Shown here piece after piece: positions 1 through 12,345 of a stretch of DNA of 64,000 nucleotides (position 1 is the stretch's first letter; each line of letters begins with the position of its first letter). Origin of the DNA: Xylographa opegraphella. Taxonomy: Eukaryota. The DNA lies in contig JALDZX010000007.1 of the NCBI GenBank assembly GCA_022813865.1, forward strand, positions 558,001 to 622,000. Direction: 5' to 3'. The position numbers and the translations under genes were made by a program. Under the pieces are notes generated by a model that saw nothing but the letters and a program-made list of their open reading frames with translations, was not told the DNA's origin and did no database searches.

Positions 1-159
1 ATATATAGTTATAGGATGTTCGGACAAATGGCAAAAAGCGATTTCATCATGCCGTGCTACATCTCAATGGCCACGGTGAAGAGATGATTCCAAAGCGTAA
101 GCATCGAGTCCGTCTCCACGGACAGAGATTCATCTTCGCTACAAGCACAACACAAACCC

Positions 160-1839
160 CTACAAGCACCCGCCCCGACAGACATGGCGCGCCGCCTCCG
201 TCCTCGAGTAATAATCCGCCCACACAGACGGCCTATCTAGCCTCCTCGTCTCCAAACCCGGCACGACGAGCTCCCCCTTCCCCTCCGGCACATACGCCGC
301 CCTCGCAGGCGTGACGCACATGGTCTCCGTCCACATATCATCACCCCGCGTACCCCACATCGGGAACCGAGCCCAGTCATCCACATACACCGTCCGCGCC
401 CGCTCGACACACCCCGCGTCCCGACACACGCTGTCCATGCTCAGCGGACTATCCGCGCACGCGCGCCGGATACACAGCGGCAGCACGAGCGCCGGGATGC
501 GCTGCCGTAGATGGTGCAAGGCACTGGCGCAGCGGCACGCGGGACTGCGGTGATGGTGGCTGCGGCCGCCGCTTGCTCGGGTGGCGCAGGCCCAGAAATG
601 GCGGGGGTGGTGGTGCGTCGTGTCCGGGTCGTTGTCTGTGAGGCGGAGGCGTTGCAGCGAGGGGCAGCGCAGCGGGAGGGCGTCCGCGTTGTATCGGAGG
701 TGGGTGACGTTGGGCTCGAGGAAGGCGATGTCGAGCTGTCGGAGGCTGGGCGGCAGGTGGCGCAAAATGCTAGAGTCGCAGTCGTGTCGCAGACGTAGGG
801 TAGCGATGCGGGGGAGGTGCTGCAGGAGGTTGACCATACTTCGGCACTCGGCGGGCGATAGCTTGAGGCGTTGGGCTCGGCGGGAGGTGGTGGCTGGCGC
901 AGCTGGACCCGCTCCGGGCGTGGCGACGGTGTACTCGAGATGGAGTTCTTGCAGAGAGGCGCCGTGGCGAAGCTGGAGGTGCGCAGCGACGGCTTTGGGG
1001 AGGGTGCCACCTTTCCAGCCGAAACTCCGCAACGGGGCCGTACTGGCGAGGAAGTGCTCCGGAAAGAGAGCCATGTCCCCCTCGGGGACGCCGGTCACAT
1101 CCAAAAAGAGGTTCTTAAGGCTTGGGAGATGAGAGAAGGCGTTGTCCCAGTCCTCCGTGCCGAAACACAGGGGCTTCATGAACAGCGTCACCAGATTGAG
1201 CTTGTTCCTCAGGAAGTGCAGGCTGCAGTGGTGCGAGTCCAACCGAAGGAACGTTAGACCGTGCAGCGCGGATATCGCACGCTCTGCCTCGTTCCGAAGG
1301 GCAGCTCCTCCGCCCGTGTGCCGACTTGGTTTGCGCAGAAGATCCGGCTGGAGGACGGTCATCGAATTGATGCGCGGTAAGAGCTCGATAATTTCCGCCC
1401 AAGCGCCAGCCATGGTATCTTCCAGCCCTACCGAAAGCTCGCTGCTCCTGCTTATCACCACATGGCGGATATGGCCCACGTTCTGCCGCCCAATCGACTC
1501 CATCCATTCGTGCGTAAGATCTGGCGATGGGAGACTGAGTACTTGTTGGCCGTAGAGGAACGAAGCAACCTCCACGCTGCACTGACGGCACACGTACAGT
1601 AAGGCCGTCTCGAGCAGACCGGTGAACTCGGTGGCGTATCGAGGATAAAACAACTTGTTATCCCACCGGCGTTGAAATGCGGGTTGTTGTAGGGGCGGCT
1701 GTCCATCGGTATAGCAATTGCCCTTGATACGGACAACTTGGAGGTTCCCGTAGCCGTCTATCCGTGGGGTGAAAATCAGTTCGTATATCATACGCCGGAC
1801 CTCCAGTGGGAGACTAAGAAAAGAATTTTTCGAAGCCAT
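160..1839 (-). CDS. Hypothetical protein with N-terminal F-box-like motif and LRR-like C-terminal half
   Basis: 559-aa intronless ORF. It starts FLSLPLEVRRMIYELIF (fungal F-box-like) and has repeated LxxLxL patterns (LPSLKNLFL, LQELHL, LRQLDI, LQRLRL). Confidence 0.65.
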   Translation of the reverse strand: MASKNSFLSLPLEVRRMIYELIFTPRIDGYGNLQVVRIKGNCYTDGQPPLQQPAFQRRWDNKLFYPRYATEFTGLLETALLYVCRQCSVEVASFLYGQQVLSLPSPDLTHEWMESIGRQNVGHIRHVVISRSSELSVGLEDTMAGAWAEIIELLPRINSMTVLQPDLLRKPSRHTGGGAALRNEAERAISALHGLTFLRLDSHHCSLHFLRNKLNLVTLFMKPLCFGTEDWDNAFSHLPSLKNLFLDVTGVPEGDMALFPEHFLASTAPLRSFGWKGGTLPKAVAAHLQLRHGASLQELHLEYTVATPGAGPAAPATTSRRAQRLKLSPAECRSMVNLLQHLPRIATLRLRHDCDSSILRHLPPSLRQLDIAFLEPNVTHLRYNADALPLRCPSLQRLRLTDNDPDTTHHHPRHFWACATRASGGRSHHHRSPACRCASALHHLRQRIPALVLPLCIRRACADSPLSMDSVCRDAGCVERARTVYVDDWARFPMWGTRGDDMWTETMCVTPARAAYVPEGKGELVVPGLETRRLDRPSVWADYYSRTEAARHVCRGGCL

Positions 1840-3020
1840 CGTTTCTACTGGTCGGATTTATTCGCTTTCTGCTTTGTTGATATGTGCAAGGCAGTTTTCG
1901 AGTAATGATTCAAGATCCAAGGAAGAAAGCAGTAGTAAAAGCCATGTGAGGAAGAGTAGAAATGCGGTCGAATGATTGAGTGAGAAGGAGTAGAGAACAC
2001 TGATATATGTAGAAAGCAGAATGCCAGTCAGAACCAAAATAGCTGGTACGCAGGATAGCCCAAAGCATATTTTGCTCATATAGATCGCATGCTTGTTCAA
2101 AATCAAAATCGCTTCCAGGAGAGAGCTGGTACGAACCATAATTTTTTTTCTGAATTAGTGCAAATAAGAAAGCCGATAACGTGAAAGAATCACTTTCGGG
2201 TATGTCACAATGGAATCAGGTATTTTGAGAGAAATATTTCTAGGTACCGTAAGTAGGCAATAACCTGAATCTATATGGTGTAGAGGAGAGGTACTGGCTC
2301 TTGCACCGCCGATGATATGGTACATGTATTCAATATCTGCTTGCATCCCAGAGCAGCAGGCTTATTGCGAGATCAATGACAGTGTGACCAAGTAACTTAC
2401 GAAGCTGAAGATAATCCCTATCCAACAACCGCCTTCACACGAACAGTATCATGAGCCGCTGTAAGAACAAAGTAGTCGTGTCATTTCTCGCAGTAACAGC
2501 CACATCACATGCTTAACTTGTTGTCTCGCGGTTTGTACTGTCGTGGAAAACCGATATCGACCTTAGCTGTTCTACGGAATGACCGCCATCATACCGAGCA
2601 AATACTGACACGAAACAATGGATTATGCAGAGCAAGATAGCTCTGTAAATCCTCGATGTCCGTGTCGCTCGGTCTCGGAATGGATTAGTTGTTTTATATG
2701 AAACATACCATTTCTGAACTGAGAGCAATAGTAAAGTGTATTCATATTCAGTCACTTATTCCCAACGCATAAGTCATGTTTTTGCCATGCCCGTAAGGCG
2801 AAGTTATCTTGATTGGACATTGTAGCACAAGCTCCAGCCCAAAACGCGGTCAGCCCAAACGCGGGATGATAGATTCATAGTTGGCCTTGTGCTTGCTCTG
2901 ATGAAGGGGCCATAGTCCATCCATTTCGAGACGATAGCATGGTCTATCGCCAGTATGGCCCGAGAATCAAAGCCGCATGCTTTATACGTATACTGCGCGT
3001 GTTCCACAAGCCAGCGCGCT

Positions 3021-4779
3021 TCAAGCCTCATCGTCTCCCGCATCCAGCTTAAACCCACCTGCACAACCTCTCTGGAAGAGCCCTTCCGGATCATACTTCC
3101 TACTCACGGACTTCAAAAACTGCCAATTCCCCAAGCCATACCCTCTGAACGGCCTCTGCCACTCCGCGCAGTAATTTAAGTAGCGGTATCGATGGCCGGT
3201 TTGATTAGCTGTCGCAAAGACATCGATCTGCTCGACAGCGCGCCGCGTCGTTGCTTTGACGAACTCGTCGTTCCGCTGTTCGGCCCAGTTGACCGTGAAG
3301 CTTACGACAACAAGGGGCTCTGAGTTAGAATCAAGCAGACCTAACGGATTCGCATCACCTTTGCGTACCCATTCTGGTAGCAGTGGTTGCAGGACGAGCG
3401 TCCAGACCAAGTCCTTGATGTTGACATGGCGCATCGAGGCGATGGCGTCGCTGTAGGCGGCGTGGGTCGCGGCGAGTGTGGCAGGGTCGTTCTTGATAGT
3501 CGTGGTCGCGAAGACTTGGCGCCTACCGGGAGGGTTGAGTGCGTTCATTTCGTCCGTCGCACTGGTGAGTGTGCGGGCCTTGCAGGTGCTCCAGAGGCGC
3601 CATAGCGATCCGAAGGCAGAGTTTTTCCAGCAGGTGGGCCATTTTTTCTCGTTCTCGGGCAACTTGGTATATACAAGATTCACAGCAATAGCCTGGAGGC
3701 CAAGCTTGTGGATATAGGAAAAGCAGGCGATAGGACCGGCGGCGTTGCTGTCGTACGCAATGTCAGGATCGTCTGAAATTGCCCTATTAACAAACCCGTG
3801 GAAAGCCGCGAGGACTTTAGCAGTCTGGGAGGCTGGCATATAGAGGAAGCCACTCCATATTTTGGTGGAGGGGAAGCTTCGGGCTGTGAAACGCGTGACG
3901 ATGCCAAAGTTGTTGGAGCCGCCTTTGAGAGCGCGCCAAAGATCCGGGTTGGTCGCTGCAGATACAGTGGCGATTGAACCGGAGGCGAGAACAACTTCGT
4001 AGCTGATAACATTTGAGCAGACCAGACCATACCGAGAAGAGAAGAAGGAAAGACCGCCTGTTCATGCCGTTTATATCAGATCTGGGGTAGAGGAACAGAG
4101 AAGCACTATCAGGATGCACAGGGGGTTTTAGCACCGTGGTCAAGGGCAGCAACTTACCTCCCAAGGTCAAGCCGCCCACCCCAACTGAAGAGTTCCTGCC
4201 GCCAACAACAACAAGACCCTTCTCGTCCAAGACCTTGGATACATCCATCCACTTGGCGCCAGCTCCGATAACCACACTCGATCCGTCCTCAGATGGCGCC
4301 ACCGCGCAGAAGAGGCTCAAATCAATCACGACACCTCCCTTAATGCTCGCAGCGCCGGGGACCGGAGAGTGACCACCACTACGGACAGCGAACAGGCCTT
4401 TGGCTTTTCCCTTGCCTGCTTCCTTTTCTCGTTCGTCGTACTCACGTTTGAGGATAGCGACGGCCGTACAAAGCTGCTGAATGTCCCGGGGCCGGACGAC
4501 GCATGCCGGAACGACTTCGCACTCCTGCTGAGCCCAGTAGGAATTCATCGATTGCTTAAACGCAGCGGCGTTGTGCGGATAGATCACGCTGTCGGGTAGT
4601 GCCGTTTCAAGGCTTTTGCTGAATGCAGTGGGTTCTGGTAAGCCAGTCGTAAGGTCTACGTGTTTGGGCAATTTCACAGGCCATAGATGCTGGGAAATAC
4701 GTAGACGGCGCGCAATGAAGGTGGAGATGATGATAAGGAGCGCCGTCACGACCAATCCGGAAAACAACTGAAACGCCAT
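3021..4779 (-). CDS. FAD-linked oxidoreductase (BBE/VAO-like) with hydrophobic N-terminus
   Basis: Motifs FAVRSGGHS, VGVGGLTLGGG-LSFFS, DLWRALKGGSNNFGIVTRF and C-terminal YLNY...KYDPEGLFQ. A single GT-AG intron at 4157-4058 restores the frame. Confidence 0.9.
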
Positions 4780-5490
4780 GAGGACTATTGGTACAACTGT
4801 TCCGTAAAGAAGTAGATCAAGTAGAGAAGAACGCGTCGAGGCCTTGATGGCTACGAGAATGAGCTCAAGTGTTGCGGAACATGATAAGAAACTTCACGCC
4901 AATGCACCAGTATTTGGACCGTCGATGATCTTCTTCAAGTAGAAGATAGCACCAACGCTCTTGGAAGAGAAAGTGGATCAAACCAGGTATTCTGGCCGTA
5001 AGGACAGCATGAAGACGGGTAAACCTCCTTGATGAGTAAGAAGCTTGCCCAGATTCTTCAATTTTTATTGTTTCTTCTAGAGTAAGATATGTGTGTGGGG
5101 ATGAATTTTTAGCGGCGTCAGAGTCGGCAAAAAGTTACCTCACGTATTATTATGTTTACCGATTGAGACATTTGGCCAACATCTGAAGGGTTAATATTTG
5201 AGAATTTGTTAGATATGGGCAGCGTTTCGCTGGCCGGGTAGCTTAAGATTAGCGCTATAGTTCTACAGCACTATGCTCTTCATCAGACCGGCTTGAAATA
5301 CTCGAATAGGCAGTAAGTAATACGCCTCCTAGATTTTCAAGACTTCATTACTTTAACAGTTCAGGATTTGGCTAAATGGTCTTATGGTTACTGATATGTC
5401 CATCAATCGAACAAATTCTATGCTTGGAGATATGCTCCTTTCTTATAGGACAATAGATACACGGTACGAAATCCAAAGTCTTTATTCTTC

Positions 5491-6782
5491 TCAATGGCCG
5501 CCAGTGGTGGGCAATCCTAGGTATACTGTGAGGATTCTGTGTTAGTGAAATACTCCAACGGTCCACAGGGTGAAAAGTCTAACCTTTGAAACTGTCGTAG
5601 ATGAGCCATTGGAATGCCTGACAGTAGAGGCCAAGGAGTCAGCATGTTTCCCTCAGGCTTTTGGGGTTGTCAGAGCCAGAGTCATCGACAAACTTACGGT
5701 GAGAGTCCCAATCATGAATATCCTCACGGGTAGACCGTTCCATAAGCCTCCAAACCCGATATTGCCGTAAATGCGGGACATCGCTTTGCCGGCACTTTCT
5801 CCAGCTAGAAGGTACCGTGAGCTTTCTAGTGTAACGAGTACCGACTCGCAGGAGAAGCATATCATACCTTGTCTATCCGAGTTCAGCTTGCTGACCATAA
5901 CATCAGCCGGGTGGCTGATGACAGCACATCCAATACCCGCAATGTATCCTCCCAAGAACGATACACCAGTCTGTTGTAATTTACTGTAGCTCTCCTTTGG
6001 CTTGCCCAATGTCTTGTAGATGTATGCCACTGTTGTCTCAAAGGTTGCGAATTTTACCATCGTGTAAGGGATTTGTCGCCCCCATAACGGATATAGACCT
6101 TTATACAGCCCAGCGATCCCCTCTTTCTCCACGACCTTCGTCCAACCTTCTCTCAAACTACCTGCGAAAGGTGGTAGCGTTGTCTGCATTCGGACCTTGA
6201 TGGCTTCGAATGGGCAAAGAGCTATGTCTGCAAGGAACTCGGCCGAGGCGCTAGCTCCGAGGAAGACGACTGTCTTGTTCATATTGGGAAACAGCTTCTC
6301 GCCGTACAAATATTTAAAGCTCTCGTAGAAACCGTATTTGCCTGCACCTTGAAAGGAGTAACCGACGAACGTTGGCCCCCATCCAAAGAAGACGCCCCGA
6401 AGCCCCTCCTTTGCGTAGATACTTCGCCATGCTGAAATATTGGAGCTATAGATTTTGGGATCGACTTGCCGACGACATTTCACCTAGAATCGTATGAGTG
6501 AAATCGCAGATAGGGGACCTTGAAAGTATTGTGGGGTCTCATGCGTAGCAACAAAGCCATACGTACAAGATCCAAAGGCGTAACAGCTGTGTGAGTGGGA
6601 CCGCAAGCTGTTGTTACCGTCAGCCATTGCCATTGCGACATTTCCTTGAAATGCGCGAAGTTGCTTAGGAATCATGACAGACCAATGACACCACCCAACA
6701 GGCATGCTCCGAAGTAAGTTCCGGAATACAGTTCAATGCCCTTGACTGGCGGGCCTCGCCCTTCCGTCTTCGTTACAGACAT
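5491..6782 (-). CDS. PIC2: Mitochondrial phosphate carrier (Pic2/Mir1 family)
   Basis: Spliced product MSVTK...[32 protein letters not shown]...[14 protein letters not shown]...[20 protein letters not shown], with PxD/ExxK carrier signatures and 5 short introns. PIC2 versus MIR1 assignment is tentative. Confidence 0.9.
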
Positions 6783-7802
6783 TGCTTTGTCGCTTCAGGT
6801 GTTGGCTTACAGCTGGGAGACTCGAATAATTTTACAAGCCACTGAGTACCGTCAATAGCAAGGAAAGGCGCAAAAGACGGACGGCTGAGGAAGTTGGTGG
6901 GTAGGAAGTGCTGTAGAGGGCGGTCGAGAGCTTGCTATCGGAGCTTCACTTATCGGAGCATCGCATTTCCCAGCCGAGCTTTCCGGCTGCGCGTGACGTC
7001 ATCGCTAAAGCTCCATTGCTCTCTCGTGTGTCCTATAGCAAGGTTCTCGTAGACGGGATATGTTTAGATGGAAGATTAAGACTACCTACAATACACCTCG
7101 AAACCTACGTTAGGTCAGTCTTTCAGGTATGCAGATTGCACCAAATTTGTCAACAATGGAAATTCGCCAAATATCAGCAGGAAGCTTCGGTACTGCAGGA
7201 AACAACAACTTCGAACACCATGTCATGCCTATGTCGATGCATCTCAATGATATTATCTATGTAGCATTACATTTCATAATTCTACATGGAGTATGTCGCC
7301 CTTGGCCAATGGCTAAACCGATCATCCGCGAAAAGCTTAGAATGTTTTTCTTGTTCCTGGCCCCTTTCTTACCTCCACATCCGAAGCTTCTTTGCCAGAT
7401 TGGCATCCTTGATATCCGTTTAGATGTATGTCATACCAGAGTGATAGTAATGATATCGCTCGGACAACTGGTATGCCGCTTGCATAATATATGAAGTAAA
7501 GTCCAAGTGATACCAGTATCATCGCAACGGCAGGAGCAACGACGACCCTCACCAGAGACCATGCTAGTCCACTGTGCTCCTTATGCAAATCGAATTCATC
7601 TCAACGGGTTCCCAATCGATGATTCCCTCTGCTGATACTCAGGTTTGGATCGGAACCGTTCCGATTAGTCTATAAATCCCCAAAGAATGTCTCATAACGG
7701 ACCTCATATCAATATCAACCCTCGCAGTCCGGTGACCCTGAGATGCGTCGTCTTGTTTCCGCGATTCCCAAAATTCGTGTACTGCGTAAGCTGACCCAGA
7801 AG

Positions 7803-9271
7803 TCATCTCTCCAGGTCCCGATCATCCCCGTGTCCGTACGACTCCTCTGGAGTAATCACTTGCTTTTGTTGAGGGAAGGGTTGCCCATTATTACGCATAC
7901 TCCAATGCGTGGCCAAAGGCCTAGATGGAATGGCATAAGCATCTAGGTTGTATGAGCCAATATGCGGACGAGTTGATTGTCTATCTTCATTGCAGTCAGG
8001 TGCTTTCGTCCTTCGGCTTCGGTTGTTTGGTCTGCCAATATCTACATATCGATTTGGCTTGTAATGCGCAGAATTCTTTGTAGCGGAAAACTGCTGAAAA
8101 AACTTGGGCAAAATTGGTAGGCATCCCACCAGTATCCCAATGGCGATCTCGGCAATACTGAGAGCGAGTAAGCAGGTTGGTCATAGACGCTTTCTTCCGT
8201 GAAGAAACAACAGAGTCGCTCACGTCCATAGCCCCATTGCATCCATTGCAAAAGGGGCATCCATATCATTGCTGGCCATCCGAAGGAGATTGATGGCGTT
8301 TTCAAGAGCAGCGATACTCGTCACACAAGCAAAAACTCCAAGTCCAAATATGGCATACACACCCAGCTTCTTCCTTGTCGTCAATTGTAGTCGCCAGATT
8401 AATGGAAGCGGAAGAAGTAGAATAGTAAAATCAGAAACAATGTCGATTATCGCGGAGGGCAATTGGAACATATGACGATCCACGCAATGTCCCGGCATAG
8501 CAGGGTCCCACATGCTTTGTCTCGGTGTACACTGTAATATATCAGAAAATAGAGTAGGGAGTCATCCGGCTACAATCAATGCTCGCGGGGTCGATAACTT
8601 GCCATTGCGACTGTTCCAGAACTTACTTGAAAAATTACGAGAAACATAGTTGTAGTATAATATAGGACGTTTATGCCGATGAGACACAATGCACAAGTGT
8701 AAAACCAACCCTGTCGATGCGGCGCAAATATTCGGATGTACTGAAGCAGAACAGATATCTTAACGAGAACAAGCACGGGACCATAAAGGGTGACAATAAC
8801 GCTTGTGAGCTAGCAGTCCAAGACAGGTCCGGTCAGTACCCAATAGTGTTCTCCTGCGCTTCTCCTGCTGAAAGAGGAGGTTGAAGACCTACATAAGACC
8901 CATAGAGGGTATCTCCTTGACATTGAACAACGGCAATGGCAAGTCCCACAAGAGCAAGCATCCCGATCTTCCACAAGGCCGTTAGCCAGGCTGGTCTCAG
9001 ATTTGCACAGCTTGGATGTGGTCTTTCAATGATTGATTGGGTAACATACCCAGCCAACGAGACAGAAATCTAAATGATATGAGCAGTGCGGCTAGAATGA
9101 AGAGAGGGGATCCTTTGATCACTTACAATCTTCCCATCCCAGAAATTTGGTGATATAGACCTTTGTGTATATTCGTGCGGAGACTGCCAGCGTGGTGAGA
9201 CTGATGCTAAGAACGAAGGTCGCTATCTCTCCAACGTGGAGCGGATACGGAGTAACAGACTCAAAGGCCAT
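7803..9271 (-). CDS. PTH11-like (rhodopsin-domain) integral membrane protein
   Basis: Spliced motifs SARIYTK...GWED, VKISVLLQYIRIF, QCTPRQSMWDP...GHC, DFTILLLPLPLIWRLQL..RKK, EIAIGILVGCLPILP. Confidence 0.85.
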
Positions 9272-10333
9272 AGCTGTGGCCCTTCACGGCTACCACACGG
9301 TTATGAAATTGACTTCTGAACGTTCGATGATTGAATATAGGAAGGCATCACGCTGGTTAAGAATCTTCCTTGGATGAAATAGAAAGGAGTTACGGTCAAG
9401 GCAGTGACTCGGCGACAATCAGAGTTCGGCACATGCAGCTTCTGAGTTCAACTATTGTGTTCCGATCAAGCACATCGGGGCATCATTCTTTTGCCTTGCA
9501 TCATCTCGACATCTGCCTGAACCTGTATCCTGCGGCAGAATTTGAGGTGTGTGGTGACATCTCTGACCTCGAACATGAATTGTGTGACCGGCTGAGAGAA
9601 ATAACGAACGAAAGCGACGCAACGCAGAGTTCAAGGATGCATCATTACTCCAAGAACAATGTATAAATTGTAGCTTGTTACTCGATTCCGCTGGGAATAT
9701 GCTCACCGCCATGTGATGTGCTTCTAGAACATCGGGATTTGCGCTTAGGACCTCCTATTTCGGTGTAGGGTTTACTCCGTGTGACCGAGTACTACCAGAC
9801 TACCGCAAGGCTTCCATGCTCACCTCACAACTACTGCCTGCCATGGCCTTAAAGGGATCCACTCACGGTGGACCATTATGTCCAATTGTGGCAATCATAG
9901 CCCGCAACGACCCTATCGTCCCTCAAGTCGATTTCTAATGGGGCTTTCCGGGGAGATACTAAATAATAACCATGTAAGATAGGAGGATAGGAAGGACATA
10001 TCCTCCAAATAGTGTGCCGTACCACGCGATGCACATGCTATGTATCACCTTCAGATCTGTTCCAGCACGAATTCTCGATTCATGTTATAGTATGCTCTGA
10101 ATTCTATCACCTTCCCATTCCCTTTCCCTTTCCCTTTCCCTTTCTCACTCCACTCTCCGTTTCCACCTTCGTGCAGAACGAAAGGAGGAATATGCACACC
10201 TCACCGCTTCCTTACCGCATGGAATCCCCAAATCGGCGGTCCTCTTGCAGTGAAACGATATAATGAATGTAAGCGATCGTATTCTCTCTGTACAACCTTC
10301 CACCAGAAATTCCAAAATCTCTCGCGCCACCCA

Positions 10334-10857
10334 TCAAAACCACCGTTCGAACCAGTTCAAGGCCTGCGTCACCGAGTCTTCCAGGCACGCCCTTTCCAGC
10401 GGATCGTCAGGATTGCCTCTCACAGCAAAACCATGTCGTCCGGGCATGTAGAACTTGTGCTCCATCTCCGGCACCTTTCTCCCTGCTTTCCTAGCTTTCG
10501 AACGGATCTCTTCCACCCGCGCTTCCTGCTCAATATTCACCGCAACATCCTCGAAGGCCCATCCATAGCTAACGGGCACAACCAGAGTCTCGACATGCTT
10601 CGGAACGGCCAATTGACTCAGGTGCAACCCTACCATCGCGTCCACAAGCGGCACCTTGGCAGCAATCTCCATGATGTTGCTCTCTAACTCGGCTCGGATC
10701 GCGTACTTTCCATCCCAATCTTCTGGCTCCTGGGAGTCGCGCGTCTCAGCCCCTGCAAAAATCCCATATACGCTTTATCAGTAGGCGCCTCCTTATGCCT
10801 CGTCATCCACGTGACAAACGGTGCACTGACAAATATGCCCGCGTACTTTGCCAACGT
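10334..10857 (-). pseudogene. Dienelactone hydrolase-family pseudogene (5'-truncated, frameshifted)
   Basis: The C-terminal HGFAVRG motif is intact. The upstream frame reads ...WMTRHKEAPTDKAYMGFLQGLRRATPRSQKIGM and then shifts to GKYAIRA, so the expected G-x-C-x-G nucleophile motif is missing at the frameshift. No N-terminal half was found. Confidence 0.75.
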
Positions 10858-11074
10858 CTACCGTTTGGCCACATAATGATAATCGAAAAAAAGAAGCTTC
10901 TCGTTTGGCGTGTGATTCTGATCTGGGCGCAACCGGTACTTGATTATAGCCAACAACGGTCGGTGAGTCGGTAATTTCCCAGACATAGCTGGGGATAACC
11001 CACATTCCCAAGATGCAGGACTACAGTTGATTGGCCAGCGCCATAACCATCGTTGAGATCGAGATAATAATTAC

Positions 11075-11720
11075 TGTCATTTTGGCCACGGCGAGGCGTG
11101 TGCAGATAACCATGAACCAGTGGATGAGACTTTCAGAACGCGTCGCATACTGAAGATAAGACCGATTAAGCCTCTCGTAAATCTTGTTCAGTAGTTGATG
11201 TTGGTCTTCAAGGCCCAATTCTCTCTCTCCGGCAGCTGGAGCTATCAAATGCTGTACGACATCGCATATCTTCCAATGAGACAACCAACATTGTCATCTC
11301 GGTCAACCATTGACGCTCTGTCGGCAGTTGTTTCGCGTGGAATTCGAGATCAGAGTCTTCGATAATCAAGTGAAGTTTAATATCAAAGCTCGCCCGCGTG
11401 ATGGTGAGATCCATACCCTGATCCTCCGATGCTTGCACATTAATTATACACACCTACCATCAAACCCTTCGCGGAATCTCAACCTGGAAAGGGTTAAGGT
11501 GATTGAAATGGGAACCGTCTCGATGCACTCCCAGAGCGTGGGCCATCTTGACGAGTAGGCCGGTCATCATCCACACGAATCTTGGATTATCCTATTGGCG
11601 GACGAGGAAGACGAAGATGGTAACAGCCTGCACGAGAACAATATCAGGGACATTGAGGCAGTCGGCTTTTACCAGAGCATGCTCCAGGCGAGCCGGTAAC
11701 CGAGATTGATCTCGGCTTTC
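11075..11720 (-). pseudogene. Fungal Zn2Cys6 transcription factor middle-homology-domain pseudogene
   Basis: LEHALVKADCLNVPDIVLVQAVTIF...RQ*DNPRFVWMMTGLLVKMAHALGVHRDG...EIPRRV*W*VCIINVQASEDQG. Three in-frame stops (11592, 11460, 11454), a frameshift near 11275, and no zinc cluster upstream. Confidence 0.8.
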
Positions 11721-12345
11721 GTGCAGCCAAAGTCGGTCATGAGCTAGAGATGAGTTATAGGTCCCATGTTTGTCGGACGCTAAAGGGAGTGTACCTCGTC
11801 CTTGAGTACTCGGTATGCACACGACCAAGTGGCTATCAATCGTGGCTACGGTCTAACCTTTGCTGGAGAGCTAATATAGGGCTAGTCCTACCGCTACAGC
11901 CCTATATTTTGGCCGTCACGTGAGGAAAATCGAGAAAAGATCCGAAAGACTTTTGGTGCAACTCGCTCGAAGCATTACAAAAAGTACAACCGTTAAATGT
12001 ACCTCATCAAGCAGCCCAGCGCTGGCAAAAGCCCCAATCTGAATTGTTTCCACGGATTGTTCCGATTTACCCAGAACGGGCTGCTTCTATGTGGAAACGA
12101 TGAAGGTACTAGTATCTGCTATGGTAAGACCTAGTGCCGCACTCGTCTAGACTATCAACTCGTAGTAATCCCGGGCTTAAGTCTCCGTATTATCAAAGAT
12201 GTAAGCATGGACATAAATTAATCTCAATCACCATCTTCATCTCCATTTTATCTCAATCTTGTTCTCGTTCTCGATATACGATAATCGTAGAGTTCTCTTT
12301 TGGCTCAAGTGGTCAAGGTCGTTGGGAGCAACACCCACAGTAATC

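Noticed and set aside
54..1736. Many long overlapping or antisense ORFs over GC-rich genes (also 16148-17314, 33671-35039, 44445-46280)
   Set aside because: Shadow ORFs from high GC3 and stop-codon scarcity; no recognisable motifs.
7337..7588. 83-aa ORF with a hydrophobic stretch
   Set aside because: TTG start, in-frame stop just upstream, and no convincing splice acceptor or family motif.
10112..10143. (TTTCCC)n microsatellite; also (GGACAAA)3 at ~19494
   Set aside because: Short simple repeats with no evidence of function.
11664..11677. GCTTTTACCAGAG resembling U5 snRNA loop I
   Set aside because: Imperfect match to GCCTTTTAC, no stem or Sm site, and it lies in the TF pseudogene frame.
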